Source: Octopus sinensis
Taxonomy: Eukaryota
Reading direction: 5' to 3'
Assembly (NCBI RefSeq): GCF_006345805.1
Contig: NC_043008.1
Location: 21,018,001 to 21,082,000 of the forward strand
DNA length: 64,000 nucleotides
Under the pieces are notes generated by a model that saw only the letters and a program-made list of their open reading frames with translations, was not told the DNA's origin and did not search any database. This document shows, piece by piece, positions 1-12,400 of the stretch. The position numbers and the translations under genes are program-made. Positions within the stretch are counted from its first letter, which is position 1. Every line of letters begins with the position of its first letter.

Positions 1-482
1 ACCTTGAATTTTTAGTTGAATGAATCATGTCCAGTGCTTATTTTTTAAGCCTACTACTTATTTTATCGTCACTTTTGCCGAAACGCTAAGCTACGGGGGC
101 GTAAACACACCAACACCGGTTGTCAAGTGGTGATGTTGGGACAAACACACACACACATAGATATATATACATATATGTATATAACGACAGACTTCTTTCA
201 GTTTCTGTCTACCAAATCCACTCACAAGGCTTTGGTCGGCCTGAGGTTATAAGAGAAGACACTTTCCCAAGGTACCACGCAGTGGGACTGAACCCGGAAC
301 CATGTGGTTGGGAAGCAAGTTCCTTACCACACAGCTGCGCCTGCGCCCATTATATACATTTGTATTCATAGCAAAATGTTACCCTTCAAGAAACAACATT
401 GAACAGATACATTCTCAATGACGAAAATTCAATTTTATAGAATGAATAATACTATTAGAGCTAAAATGGTTTATAGTAAACT

Positions 483-522
483 ATAACCCTAACCCTAACC
501 CTAACCCTAACCCTAACCCTAG
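483..522. repeat. Interstitial telomeric-type repeat, about (CCCTAA)6
   Basis: taaccctaaccctaaccc...; not flanked by the GGATC TIRs. Confidence 0.8.
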
Positions 523-2437
523 AAGTCGAAAGAATGTGACATTGCCCATGGCCTTTGCAGGGCGTCCTAAACCAGTGGAATCGATGCCATTAATGTTCCT
601 AATGAAAGTTAGTAGGTTAAAAAGGGTAAAGACCTTCTTTGGTCATGAATAATCATGGGATTGCACCTAGAAAGTTACCCTCCGAGGCACAAGTCTGGGC
701 AAATTTGTCTAAGTAAGACCAGCAGTCGCCCATGCATACAAGCCTCCTTTCTCCACGCCACCGATACTATCCTAGGGAAAGGCAAATGCCGATACAGCTT
801 GGCCACTATAGACGTCGCAACTCATTTCTACAGCTGAGTATACTGGAGCAACGAGAAATAAAGTGTCTTGCTCAAGAACACAACACAGAACCCGGTTCGG
901 GAATCGAACTCACTACCTCATGATTGTGAGCCTGACGCTCTAACCAATGAACCATACTTAGTAGGTTAAGACCTACTTTAAGACCATGAACAGACATGAA
1001 ATTTTGTTGAAGGACTGGGTGTAGTGATTAGTGCCGGACCTGGGGGAGAGTTGATACAAGGATGATGGAAGGATATATGAGTGATACAGGAATGTTTGAG
1101 TAAAGATGGTGTGAGCCAGGCCATTTTCTGAGGAGGGAGGGCCATGTCATGGCGGGAAAGACAGGAGGAGACAGCACAGCTGTGAACCAGAAGCTGAAGC
1201 GTATCTGTGAGTGACTTTATATGGGGAAAGATAATAGGCGGCGAGCTGGCAGAAACGTTAGCACGTCGGGCGAAATGCTTAGCGGTATTTCGTCTGTCGA
1301 TACGTTCCGAGTTCAAATTCCGCTGAGGTCGACTTTGCCTTTCCTCCTTTCGGGGTCGATAAATTAAGTAACAGTTACGAACTGGGGTCGATGTAATTGA
1401 CTTAATACCTATGTCTATCCTTGTTTGTTCCCTCTGTGTTTAGCCCCTTGTGGGTAATAAAGAAATAGGTATTTCGTCTGCCGATACGTTCTGAGTTCAA
1501 ATTCCGCTGAGGTCGACTTTGCCTTTCCTCCTTTCGGGATCGATAAATTAAGTACCAGTTACGCACTGGGGTCGATGTAATCGACTTAATCCATTTGTTT
1601 GTCCTTGTGTGTCCCCTCTATATTTAGCCCTTTGTGGGTAGTAAAGAAATATATATGGGAAAAGATACAAACAGAAATATTAAATAACCATAGGATTGAT
1701 AAAAAAAAAAACTTCTCCAAAGTATATTACAGGTGAACCAATGAGAGAGCCTCTACGCAGTCTCATGACCTGTTAAATCTAATTGTTAAATCTGTCTTTT
1801 ATGAAATTACACTGTCTTAAAAGGGGATATTTTCATATCCTGGTCTTAGGTCATTTAATTCTAAAAAAGACGAGTTGGTCACAGTTGGAACGTCTTTATT
1901 GACAGACCTGAATTATCGCAGTTGATCTAAGATTAAGCAATAATAGCAAGCTCATGTAAAAAACATCAAGAGAGTGCGTAAAAGGTATTCTAGTCGAGAA
2001 TCGAGTACTAAGAAATAATACGAAAAATATTCAATGATTCGCAACGAATCATGGTAAGAAAAATAGAATTAATATTCTTCCAAATTTCTGATACGCCATC
2101 ACCAATTAAAAAAAATGAAGCTTTGAAAAACACTACATTGATAAAAAAACAATTTGGCATACAAAATAGTCCATTAATATAAGTTAATGGTGTAATATTA
2201 AGACAAAAGAACGACTTATAACTAACGTAAAACATAATATACGCAAAGGTCTGTGTAACAGCAGTAAGAGATGGAAGCAAAATTGGTTTTTTTTTTAGAA
2301 AAAAAAAAAAGTGTGTTCTATTATCATAAGAACGTAATCTGTCTGGTAGCAAAAAATACGACAAAATACATTTACCGAAAAAGAAATGTTTTGGCATTAA
2401 CGTATAAGATCCAGATTATATACATATTTACATATAT

Positions 2438-2479
<42 letters not shown>

Positions 2480-2574
2480 ATATATATACATATATATATA
2501 CATATATATATATACATATATATATATATAATATATTATATATATATATATTATAATATATATATATATATATA

Positions 2575-2617
<43 letters not shown>

Positions 2618-2700
2618 TGTATGTATATATATATATATATGTATGTATGTATGAATATATATATATATGTATGTATGATATATATATATGTATATATATA

Positions 2701-2752
<52 letters not shown>

Positions 2753-2805
2753 CATATACATATACACACACATATAGATATATATATACATATACATATA
2801 TATAC

Positions 2806-2855
<50 letters not shown>

Positions 2856-3155
2856 GGTCGGTGGTGGTTTTGTGTGTGTGTGGTGTGTGTGTGTGTGTGT
2901 GTGTGTGTGTATCGGTAAGGGGAAAAAATCAGTGCAACGCTGTACAAAACGAAGCGCAATAAGACTTAAAAACGAACACGAATTAAGCAAAGGAAAAGAA
3001 TTCGTGTGCTGGTGGTTGGAGCTAGCGTCTTGAAGAGTCAATACATTCGAGAAGAGAATGACACAAGTGAAGGAGAATGAAGTTTTCTTCTAAAGCGTGG
3101 ACAATGTTTTTAGAGGTTACACTTAATGTACTATGCACTGCATTAAGCATAACTA

Positions 3156-3515
3156 CTGGGTTGTCCGGAAAGTTCGTGCCGATTTTTAAACGTAAGAAAA
3201 AGGTCAATAAATACTTGCCATTACATTTTTAATCAACCAAATATGAACCATTTTGTTGCACAATGTGTCTCCATCTTTCCTTTAACTTGAAAATACCCCC
3301 TTCCCAGAATTGAGGTGGTTTCATGGCAAAGAATTCATTAAGGTATCTTTTTACGTCATCCAAGGAATTGAAATTTTTACCATTAAGACTATTCTGCAGA
3401 GATCTGAATAAGTGCAAATCCAAAGGAGCAATATCGGGTGAATATGGAGGGTGGGGTAACACATCCCAGCCGAGCTGCAGCAATTTTTGTCTGGTTCCCA
3501 AACCATCAAGTGCCA
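3156..3515 (-). mobile_element. Mariner (DD34D) transposon, 3' fragment with TIR
   Basis: ORF ...TRQKLLQLGWDVLPHPPYSPDIAPLDLHLFRSLQNSL...ERWRHIVQQNGSYLVD* carries the YSPD motif. TIR CTGGGTTGTCCGGAAAGTTCGTGCCGATTTT abuts TA at 3154-3155. Confidence 0.92.
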
Positions 3516-4028
3516 AAAATGAACTTTATCTTCAATTTTAAAGGGTTACAGAATTAACACAGGTTATAGGAACATAAATGTTCTACGAAAAGATAGCTTA
3601 AACTGTGCTCTAAATGGAGGTGTAGTATATAGTACATTATGGTTCATATAGTGCATAGCATTTTATGTTTTTGAGTAGTGTTTAGTATATACCATTGAAT
3701 ATAGCTTACCTTTCAAATTATTTTAGAACATGGTTGAATCCTTAAAATAGGATTTGACCACGCTTTTACGAACTTAAGCACGACACCAGCAATTTTGAGG
3801 GAGGGTGGGGTTAATCAATATATGAATGCTAGTACTTGACTGATACTTATTTTATCGACCTTAGAAGGAGAAAAAAAGGGCAAACTTGACCTCCTGGGCA
3901 GGATTTGAACACAACAGTTTAAAGAGCCGCAACAGATATTACAAGGCATTTTTTCTGTCAGATCTATCAATTTTGCCAATGCAATAAATATAACTATGAT
4001 TAATGATGGTGATGATGATGATAATGAA

Positions 4029-4073
<45 letters not shown>

Positions 4074-4248
4074 AAATATCATTTAAAATATAATAGGGTT
4101 TTATTATAAGAGCCAAGCCTTCATTCAACAAAGAAAATAATGCAATTTATGAACTAGAAACTTAGTAAACTAGATTATGTTTAATGTAGTGTAATACATG
4201 TGTGTGTGTGTAATATTATAAATGTATACATATATATATATATATATG

Positions 4249-4290
<42 letters not shown>

Positions 4291-4327
4291 TATATATATA
4301 TACATATATATACATATATATATATAT

Positions 4328-4369
<42 letters not shown>

Positions 4370-4630
4370 TAAATATACCTATATATATATGACATATATA
4401 TATATATACACTTATGTATGATATATAAATATCTTCATGTATATATACATGCACTAAGATACACATGATATAAAGATGTATAACTGGTGCATATATAAAC
4501 ACACATATGTGTATATATGTATGCGTTTGTGCGTATATATATGTGTGTATATATATATATGTGTGTGTGTGTGTATATATGTATGATATGTAAATATCTT
4601 CATGTATATATGAAATAATATATGAATATA

Positions 4631-4675
<45 letters not shown>

Positions 4676-4735
4676 GTATACATGTAATATAACCTTGAAT
4701 AATTGGTGCATATATAAACACACACACACGCGTGT

Positions 4736-4785
<50 letters not shown>

Positions 4786-5295
4786 TGTGTGTAAACAAAG
4801 AGGAAAAAAACAAAAAATGGTTTTATCGATGAGTCCGTGAGAACTTGTTCATTTTCACCTACAGTTTAATGTTGCAATTTTGTTTTTAGGATAAATTTTT
4901 TCATGCCATTCTAGTTGAATTAATACAAAGTTGATATCTTGAAGTAATTTGAGATATTTATATTTTCATTAGATATCTTATTTTCTTGCTTTTTTTTTTG
5001 CTTTTTATTTGCTTTCAATAAATATTTCGGAAAAATATCAATTCAATTTTATTGTATATTATATTTATGTCTTCCGGTTGTTACTTGAAAAAAATGTGCA
5101 CACATTCTCTCACTTATACCGTTATATGCAGCGCGAAACATCTGCATGTGGATATAAGTATGTGTATGGATGTGCTTCTGTGTTTGCGCACGCATCGTTG
5201 TGTGTGTTTCTTTGTGTGATTGCGTGCGTACCATACATGTCTTTATGCATGAATCCATATATGTGTCAATATATATTGACATGTACGCATATTCC

Positions 5296-5368
<73 letters not shown>

Positions 5369-5449
5369 ATACATACATATAGATAGATAGATATGTATAT
5401 ATATATATATGTATTTATGTACGTATATATACATATATATATGTGTATG

Positions 5450-5480
<31 letters not shown>

Positions 5481-5487
5481 GTGTGTG

Positions 5488-5583
<96 letters not shown>

Positions 5584-6249
5584 TTATGTATATATATATA
5601 TGTGTGTGTGTATGTGTGTGTATAGTCATTTTCTTTGAGGATACTTTTTCAATACTTACGGTAAAATAAGCATTAAGTCTCTTTTTTTTCCATTTTTATA
5701 TATTCATGTTTCCTTTTACTCATTCATTCCAGATTACTTTATACTCTAGTGGTTAAATTCGTATCGATTTCTCTCTTTTAAAAATGGGTTTAGATTTAGA
5801 CCCACATCAGACACTGCATCTGTATGAATTCCAAAAGAAAGCTCTTCATCAAAGCAAGCAGCGAAGAAATACTCGCTCGGGAAAATCTTCTCCCGCAGAT
5901 TTCCCTCGGTCTGGATGACAATGTTCTGTCAATACTGAGCTTCTGAAAACTGCAGCTGAGGAACATCTAAAGCAAACTACACACAAGAGTTAGTAAAGTA
6001 GTTCAAGCCAAGACACACTTTGATCCTAAAATATCTTCATGAACAAAGAAAACGGGGCTAAACTTGGTCGATGATTTTAGAATCGGAATTTTGCAATCGC
6101 TTCGCCTTGAAGGAACGTAGATTTAGATCTTAAGATATTTATCAATTTAAGCAGAGATGAATTTTTAGTAAAAGAATAAAAAATTCTCTGTGTTGTATTT
6201 GAGCCATATTTTGAGTGCTTCTTAGAAAGGCATCGGTTTTCGTGTGTCA

Positions 6250-6812
6250 GCGAGCAGGCAGAAACGTTAGCACGCCGGGCGAAATGCTTAGCGGTATTTC
6301 GTCTGCCGCTACGTTCTGAGTTCAAATTCCGCCGAGGTCGACTTTGCCCAGTTACGCACTTGGGTCGATATAATCGACTTAATCCGTTTGTCTGTCCTTG
6401 TTTGTCCTCTCTGTGTTTAGCCCCTTGTGGGTAGTAAAGAAATAGGTATTTCGTCTGCCGCTACGTTCTGAGTTCAAATTCCGCCGAGGTCGACTTTGCC
6501 TTTCATCCTTTCGGGCTCGATAAATTAAGTACCAGTTACGCACTGGGGTCGATATAATCGACTTAATCCGTTTGTCTGTCCTTGTTTGTCCTCTCTGTGT
6601 TTAGCCCCTTGTGGGTAGTAAAGAAATAGGTATTTCGTCTGCGGCTACGTTCTGAGTTCAAATTCCGCCGAGGTCGACTTTGCCTTTCATCCTTTCGGGG
6701 TCGATAAATTAAGTACCAGTTACGCACTGGGGTCGATATAATCGACTTAATCCGTTTGTCTGTCCTTGTTTTTCCTCTTTGTGTTTAGCCCCTTGTGGGT
6801 AATAAAGAAATA
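6250..6812 (+). mobile_element. SINE family B concatemer (head plus ~184-bp repeated units)
   Basis: Units start at 6446 and 6630 with junction AAAGAAATAG|GTATTTCGTC. Other arrays at 1239-1652, 20280-20850(-), 26395-26875(-), 37330-37710(-) and 55410-56230. Monomers at about 22085-22275(-), 23160-23370, 45770-45985, 46930-47162(-) and 47625-47853(-). Confidence 0.88.
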
Positions 6813-8467
6813 GGTTTTCGTGTTGATGATGGATTACGATAGAATTGAATCAAGAGAACGCTACACTTCAGAGTCGGGTACAGACAAGGAAAAAGGGTAA
6901 TTTCTGAATAATCTATTCTCTCTGGGATGAGTGATTAAATAAAAATAGTAATAAAATATTTTGTGGAATTGTGGAATATAGCCAAACAAGAATAGCGTCT
7001 CACATATTTTGAAGTTTTGGGCAGAGTCTTACATATTTAATATAGTTGGTTGAAAAGTTTTAGTGGAGTAAATGTAAACATCAAATTAAGAGATATAAAT
7101 TCCCTTTAGGAGTGGTTAAAATTTAAAACGTACAAGCAAGGTAGTTAACTTCGTTAAGATCAGATAATTGAAAAGTTTTCGATAACATGAACAAAATAAA
7201 TAGAAGTTAATTTGGTCTTTAGAACAAAATGGTGGAGAGGATGATTATGTTTCGGTCTTACAGAATATCCTGCATACTTCAAGGAAATAACATGTTTATA
7301 ATTTTCGAGATTGAATGTATAATATTCATTATGTAAGCAGCGCAAGTTTGATTCTCATCTGAGTCATTTTTACTTCCCTTTACTCCTCGTATCTGTAACT
7401 TCTGGTCGCAAGCAACAACCAACAGAGGGATAAGCTCAACCAGAACTACTTGCTCCAGGCAGACTACACGAAAAATATCCTTTTGTGGTAATTTAACACT
7501 CTGTTTTTCCTTTCGGGATTTTAAAATATTCTCCTTGGTCAAGATACTACTTAACCCTGTCACATAGCCCAATTCATCTAACTCTAGATAGAAAAAATGT
7601 ACGATCTAATAACGAAGCCACTATTTGGTTGTTCTACCCAGTAACGTTGGGTGGTTCGATAGTGCCTGGAGTAAAGCAAGTTGCGCATTGGGGATGCGCT
7701 TCATTATTTATGTATACTTCTTTTTCAATCTTGCGCCACAGAAATTGTGAGTCCAGGGCAATTGTTCCTGACGCTCGACCCACCTGCTAGATATAACAAC
7801 CGAAGCTCCCTCCAATGACACTTTACTTTTCCTTTAAGAAAACGAACGTTAAATAATATCGTCTGAATAAAGACGGGGTGGTCGTAGCTGGAAAACTGTT
7901 GCCCATAATTATACTAGATCAGGGTTAACCTGGAGCTAAACAGCTACATGGATAAAATATCAACATGATGAGTCTAGAGCTGGCCTGCGGTGTTGGGTTC
8001 AACTCCTGCATCAAGTAAAGTTCAGGTAATGGTACCAGCCAAAATGACTTGACTTTGGTGCACTTACATGCAGATGAGCCATTCAGTAGAATTTCAAAGA
8101 CCGAAAAGCGATAAAACTCATCATAGAAACAATCACTTGTTGATGAATCAACGAGAGGGCTTCTAAGTGGTCATTCAGCCTTCTAGAAATAACAGCTAAA
8201 TCTCACTCAGATGCCACTCCAATCGTCTTCGAAAGGGACACATTCGATAATGTGAGCCTACGTCCCAAGCATATAGAAAAAAAATGGTTTAGTCATAGCT
8301 GGAATGTCTTTACTCATTGGACTGTTCTGTCAGGGGTGATCAACTGCTTAATAATTCAGGCACAAGGCCTGAAATTTTGGCGGGTTGGGGGGAGTAAGTC
8401 GATTACATCGACCCCCGTGCTCAACTGATACTTATTTTACCGACCCCGAAAGGATGAAAGCCAAAGT

Positions 8468-8891
8468 GGATCTTTTCGGTTTGAACGGCAGTTTTTTCTA
8501 GCGGTGTCATATGAAATTGTCACCCATAATTATGACCCTAGTATCGATCTATTGCATTTCAATCTGTTTTAGGGTTAGGGTTAGGGTTAGGGATGGGGGG
8601 AAGGGTATCTTTTTTTTCTTCACAAATGTAAATAAACCCAATCTGTTTCTTAAACGAGGGACATTTTCATACGGCACAGAATGTTTTCACCTCAATAGAC
8701 GTCATTCATTGGTTGAAATTGCAGAAATTGAAGAAAAATAACAACAAATATCTTACAAACTATAGAATTTTCTCAATAAAGCCAAGAGAAAAAGATGTTT
8801 TATAAACACATTCTACCAGTATACGAAGTTTTAAAATGTTTAGTTACGTGGAAATTATTTTAAAAAACTGCCGTTCAAACCGAAAAGATCC
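8468..8891. mobile_element. MITE with GGATCTTTTCGGTTTGAACGGCAG TIRs and internal (TTAGGG)n, inserted into a SINE
   Basis: TIRs at both ends; 8-bp TSD gccaaagt/ggcaaagt. Confidence 0.88.
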
Positions 8892-9784
8892 GGCAAAGTC
8901 GACCCCGGCGGCATTTAAACTCAGAACGTGAAGACCGCTAAGTATTTCGTCCGGCGTGCTAACGATCCAACCAGCTCGCCGCCTTGATCTACTGCTAAAT
9001 AACAATGATAACAATAACATTAATGTGCGAAAAGGATGTTTGAAAGAAGCGATGTTTGATGCCGGAAAGTGAACAAATATTGTTTCAAAGAGAAGTAAAC
9101 CTGTTTTGCTTTTCTCTCAAAATGTTGGTCAAATATTATTTACGTTGAATATTATAGCAGTTAATTAATTACGAAATTGATGGTCTCATTAGGGAATTGT
9201 TAATCAAATTACAAAACTTCTGGTCCAATTAGAAAATTGGTGATCTAATTAGTACATCGGTCGACTAATTACGGAACTTTTGGTTTAATTAGTGATTCGG
9301 AGTTTAGATATTATTGAAAGTTTTGACATGTGATTCATTTACAATAAGTATTTATTTTTACTTTGGGAATCGTGACATTTCCATGACCCTCCTTGCCCAT
9401 TCCTCTTGTATGAAAGTCAAGCATTCTCAGACAGAAAACTATCAACTTATAAGCTAATAATGGAGATGAGGTGGCTTGACGTCAACAACGGCAGTGAAAC
9501 ACATCAGAAGAAAATAAAACAACAGTGGAGCGAATGATTAATACATAACCTAGTAACTCCGTTGTCCTGCGAAACTGGATCGCGATATCAACTCACAGAA
9601 AGCTAAAAATCTAATTCTAAATACTCGGTAAAAACTGCGAAAATACCGCGAAAAAAGGAAAACAATTAGATTGAAAATTTTTTCTATTTTATAATTTTCT
9701 TATAAAATTACAAAAAAATTAACACACAACTATTTGAATGAACAGCTAAATTTCCCAACTAATATTCTTTAATTACCATAGCGT

Positions 9785-10135
9785 TTTCTTTCTTCTTCTT
9801 CTCTTCTTCTTCTTCTTCTTCTTCTTCTTCTTCTTCTTCTTCGTCTTCTTCCCTTCTTCTTCTTCTTCTTCTTCTTCTTCTCCTTCTTCTTTTTCTTCTT
9901 CTTCTCCTCCTTCTTCTTCTTCGTCTTCTTCTTCTTCGTCTTCTTCTCCTCCTTCTTCTTCTTCGTCTTCTTCTTCTTCGTCTTCTTCTCCTCCTTCTTC
10001 TTCTTCTTCTTCTTTGTTATTTTTGTTGTTCTTCTTTTTCTTCTTCTTCCTCATCCTTCTCTTTCTTCTTCTTCTTCATCTTCTTTTTCCTCTTCTTCTT
10101 TTTCTTCTTCTTCTTTTTTGTTCTTTATTTTCTTT
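9785..10135. repeat. (CTT)n polypyrimidine microsatellite
   Basis: Directly visible; explains the poly-E/K and poly-L ORFs. Confidence 0.95.
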
Positions 10136-11039
10136 AATTTCTATTTACGTTTCTGTTTTGCTTTTAGCCAGCAACAGGGCACAGCAATCACCAAACTCAT
10201 TTGTTTCTTTAAATTGTTATATTTGTTTGCTTGTTTTGTCATCATTATTTATTATTATTATTATTATTATTGTTATTATTATCATTATTATCATTATCTA
10301 TTCTTAGCGGTCTGCCTGACGTTCGTTTTAATTCGAAGCTTATTAGATTCCCATAACCTCGACCTCCAACCTTCCAACCAAATTCCGCCACCCACCCCAC
10401 CCCCACAACCAACATCATCATCAACAACAACAACTACGACAGCAACAATAGCCCCACCACCACCACCAGCATCGGTGATGACAGAATTTCTGTGTTTAAT
10501 ATAAACGTTAACTTTTATACTTCGAGGCTAAAAACTAATTCCAATATTTCCGAGTTAGCTGTTTGATTAGTTGCACTGATAAAATTATACATTCTATAGT
10601 GTGGAGGTAGAAAATCATTATCCAGTAATACTACTACTACTGCTGCTGCCACTGCCGCTTCTGTTGTTGTTGTTATTGTAAGAGGAACAGATCATAACCA
10701 AGCATAGCGGTTCCAAATGGCCAATTACGCTATCATTGTAGACTAATATACAGAGATTTAATAAATGTTAAATGAAAGTTTCAATTAGCTCATCCTGGTC
10801 GTTCTGGTCTGTTCCTCGGCGTAGAAGAAGAACCAGCAATTGAATGATATTGCTCGGAGAGAAGCCATCGATTTGCTTGGCATGGATACCGATCGATACA
10901 ATAAGAATCGAACACTCTCCAGGATGGGTCAACGGTTTTCTTTTAGTATTACTAGCAGTATAGCCCAGCGTTGCTCAGGTTTGTTTTCTTTTCGACCCTT
11001 TAGAATTGGAATTATTGAAAAGTAAAAATTTTGCATTAT

Positions 11040-11346
11040 GTAGTTTGTTATTCTCTTTAAGTGAACATTCTTCTGGTTAAAATACACCGAAAAATGGCGA
11101 CACAGCAGTCGAAAAATCGTAAAAATTAGGGATTTTCATAGAAAAAAAACACCTTTTCTGTGTAAATAATTTTTGGTGTTAACATGGTCCAATTTGAATT
11201 TTTTCTTCTACGGAAGGCAAAAGCAAGCCTTCTTCTATCATACTCTCAATTTTGGTCAACTTGCGCCGCAGGGTCTCGGAGGAGATAGTGTTAGTTGAAG
11301 GCTACCAAACCTGCCATACACAGACAACTTCAGCTTTATATAGAGA
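11040..11346 (-). mobile_element. Non-autonomous Helitron, family 1, 3'-truncated
   Basis: Reverse complement of the 5' ~300 bp of 16701-17101. Confidence 0.75.
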
Positions 11347-11519
11347 AAGATTAGTTATTAGAAATCCCCTTAACCCTAAAGAATTGCACATATATATCAT
11401 ATTTAGCTTAGGCATCTAGATATGGGAATAATCTGTATGCTGCAAATATGGCGCACTCAAAGACTAACCGTCGGTATCACTGCTTGTGTTGTAGATTCAA
11501 TGATGGTAAGACTAAGAAG

Positions 11520-11770
11520 TGTGGAGGCGCGTGGCTTAGTGGTTAGGGTGTCAGCATCATGATCGTAAGATTGCGGTTTCGATTCATGGACCAAGCGACG
11601 CGTTGTGTTCTTGAGAAAAACACTTTATTTCACGTTGCTCCAGTCCACTCAGCTGGCAAAAATGAGTAACGCGGCGATGGACTGGCGTCCATCCAGCTTG
11701 GGAACACATACGCCATGGAAACCGGGAAACCAGGCCCATGAGCCTGGCTAAGCTTTAAAAGGGTGCATTT
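11520..11770 (+). mobile_element. SINE family C (tRNA-derived head, gttgtgttcttgag..aaacactttatttcacgttgctccagt core)
   Basis: A/B-box-like head. Related copies at about 535-960(-), 13520-13800(-), 24570-24900(-) and 54065-54370. Confidence 0.75.
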
Positions 11771-12282
11771 ATTTATTTTAAGACTAAGAAGTCAACAAGC
11801 CACGCGGATGTCATCAACAAGACGCCAAGAGGCCAACGATGAGGCTCCAAGAGGTCAACAGGACATAAAAAAACGTGCGTTACTAAAGCTTTGAGTTACT
11901 ATCATTTCTGAGACAGTGCACCTCTTCGATGGCTGTAACGGGTACAGATCAAATAGTAGATCAAATAGTTTCTCTTGGAAACAAAAAAGTTGTCTGATCT
12001 AGAACACCACAGTCGTAGACACTTTGCTCAGTCTCACGTGGGTAAATATACAATGGAATCGATTTTCCGCAGCTTTGCATGCTGACGAAATAAAATCGTA
12101 AAATACTATAATCTATTGTGTCATTATGTATTTCAACCGGTCGCCTTTGAAACTAGAACCCTTCACTTCTAAATTTATTTCAAAGTTGGGTTGGAAGTAG
12201 TCGACTAGAAGAGATTAGTCGTTATGAATCTCAAGGTTCTTCAGAGAATGTTGAGGGTCAACTTGCAAACGTTGGATTTGTT

Positions 12283-12287
12283 GCTGC

Positions 12288-12351
<64 letters not shown>

Positions 12352-12400
12352 GGTGGTGGTGGTGGTGGTGGTGGTGGTGGTGGTGGTGGTGGTGGTGGTG
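12283..12400. repeat. (GTT)n(GGT)n compound microsatellite
   Basis: Directly visible. Confidence 0.95.

Noticed and set aside
1239-1652. SINE arrays as CRISPR-like repeats
   Set aside because: Units are contiguous near-identical SINE bodies with no unique spacers and no cas genes, in a eukaryotic context.
5929-5931. Selenocysteine recoding of the in-frame TGA
   Set aside because: No selenoprotein family similarity and no SECIS identified; an alternative acceptor explains it equally well.
7279-7572. 97-aa ORF, and similar ORFs at 12732-12932, 13155-13349 and 41970-42251
   Set aside because: No recognisable domain or convincing splice-site pair; the lengths are compatible with chance.
11520-11600. 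tRNA genes at SINE heads (also 37859, 48965, 18902)
   Set aside because: A/B-box-like motifs are present, but there is no intact cloverleaf and each runs into a SINE body.
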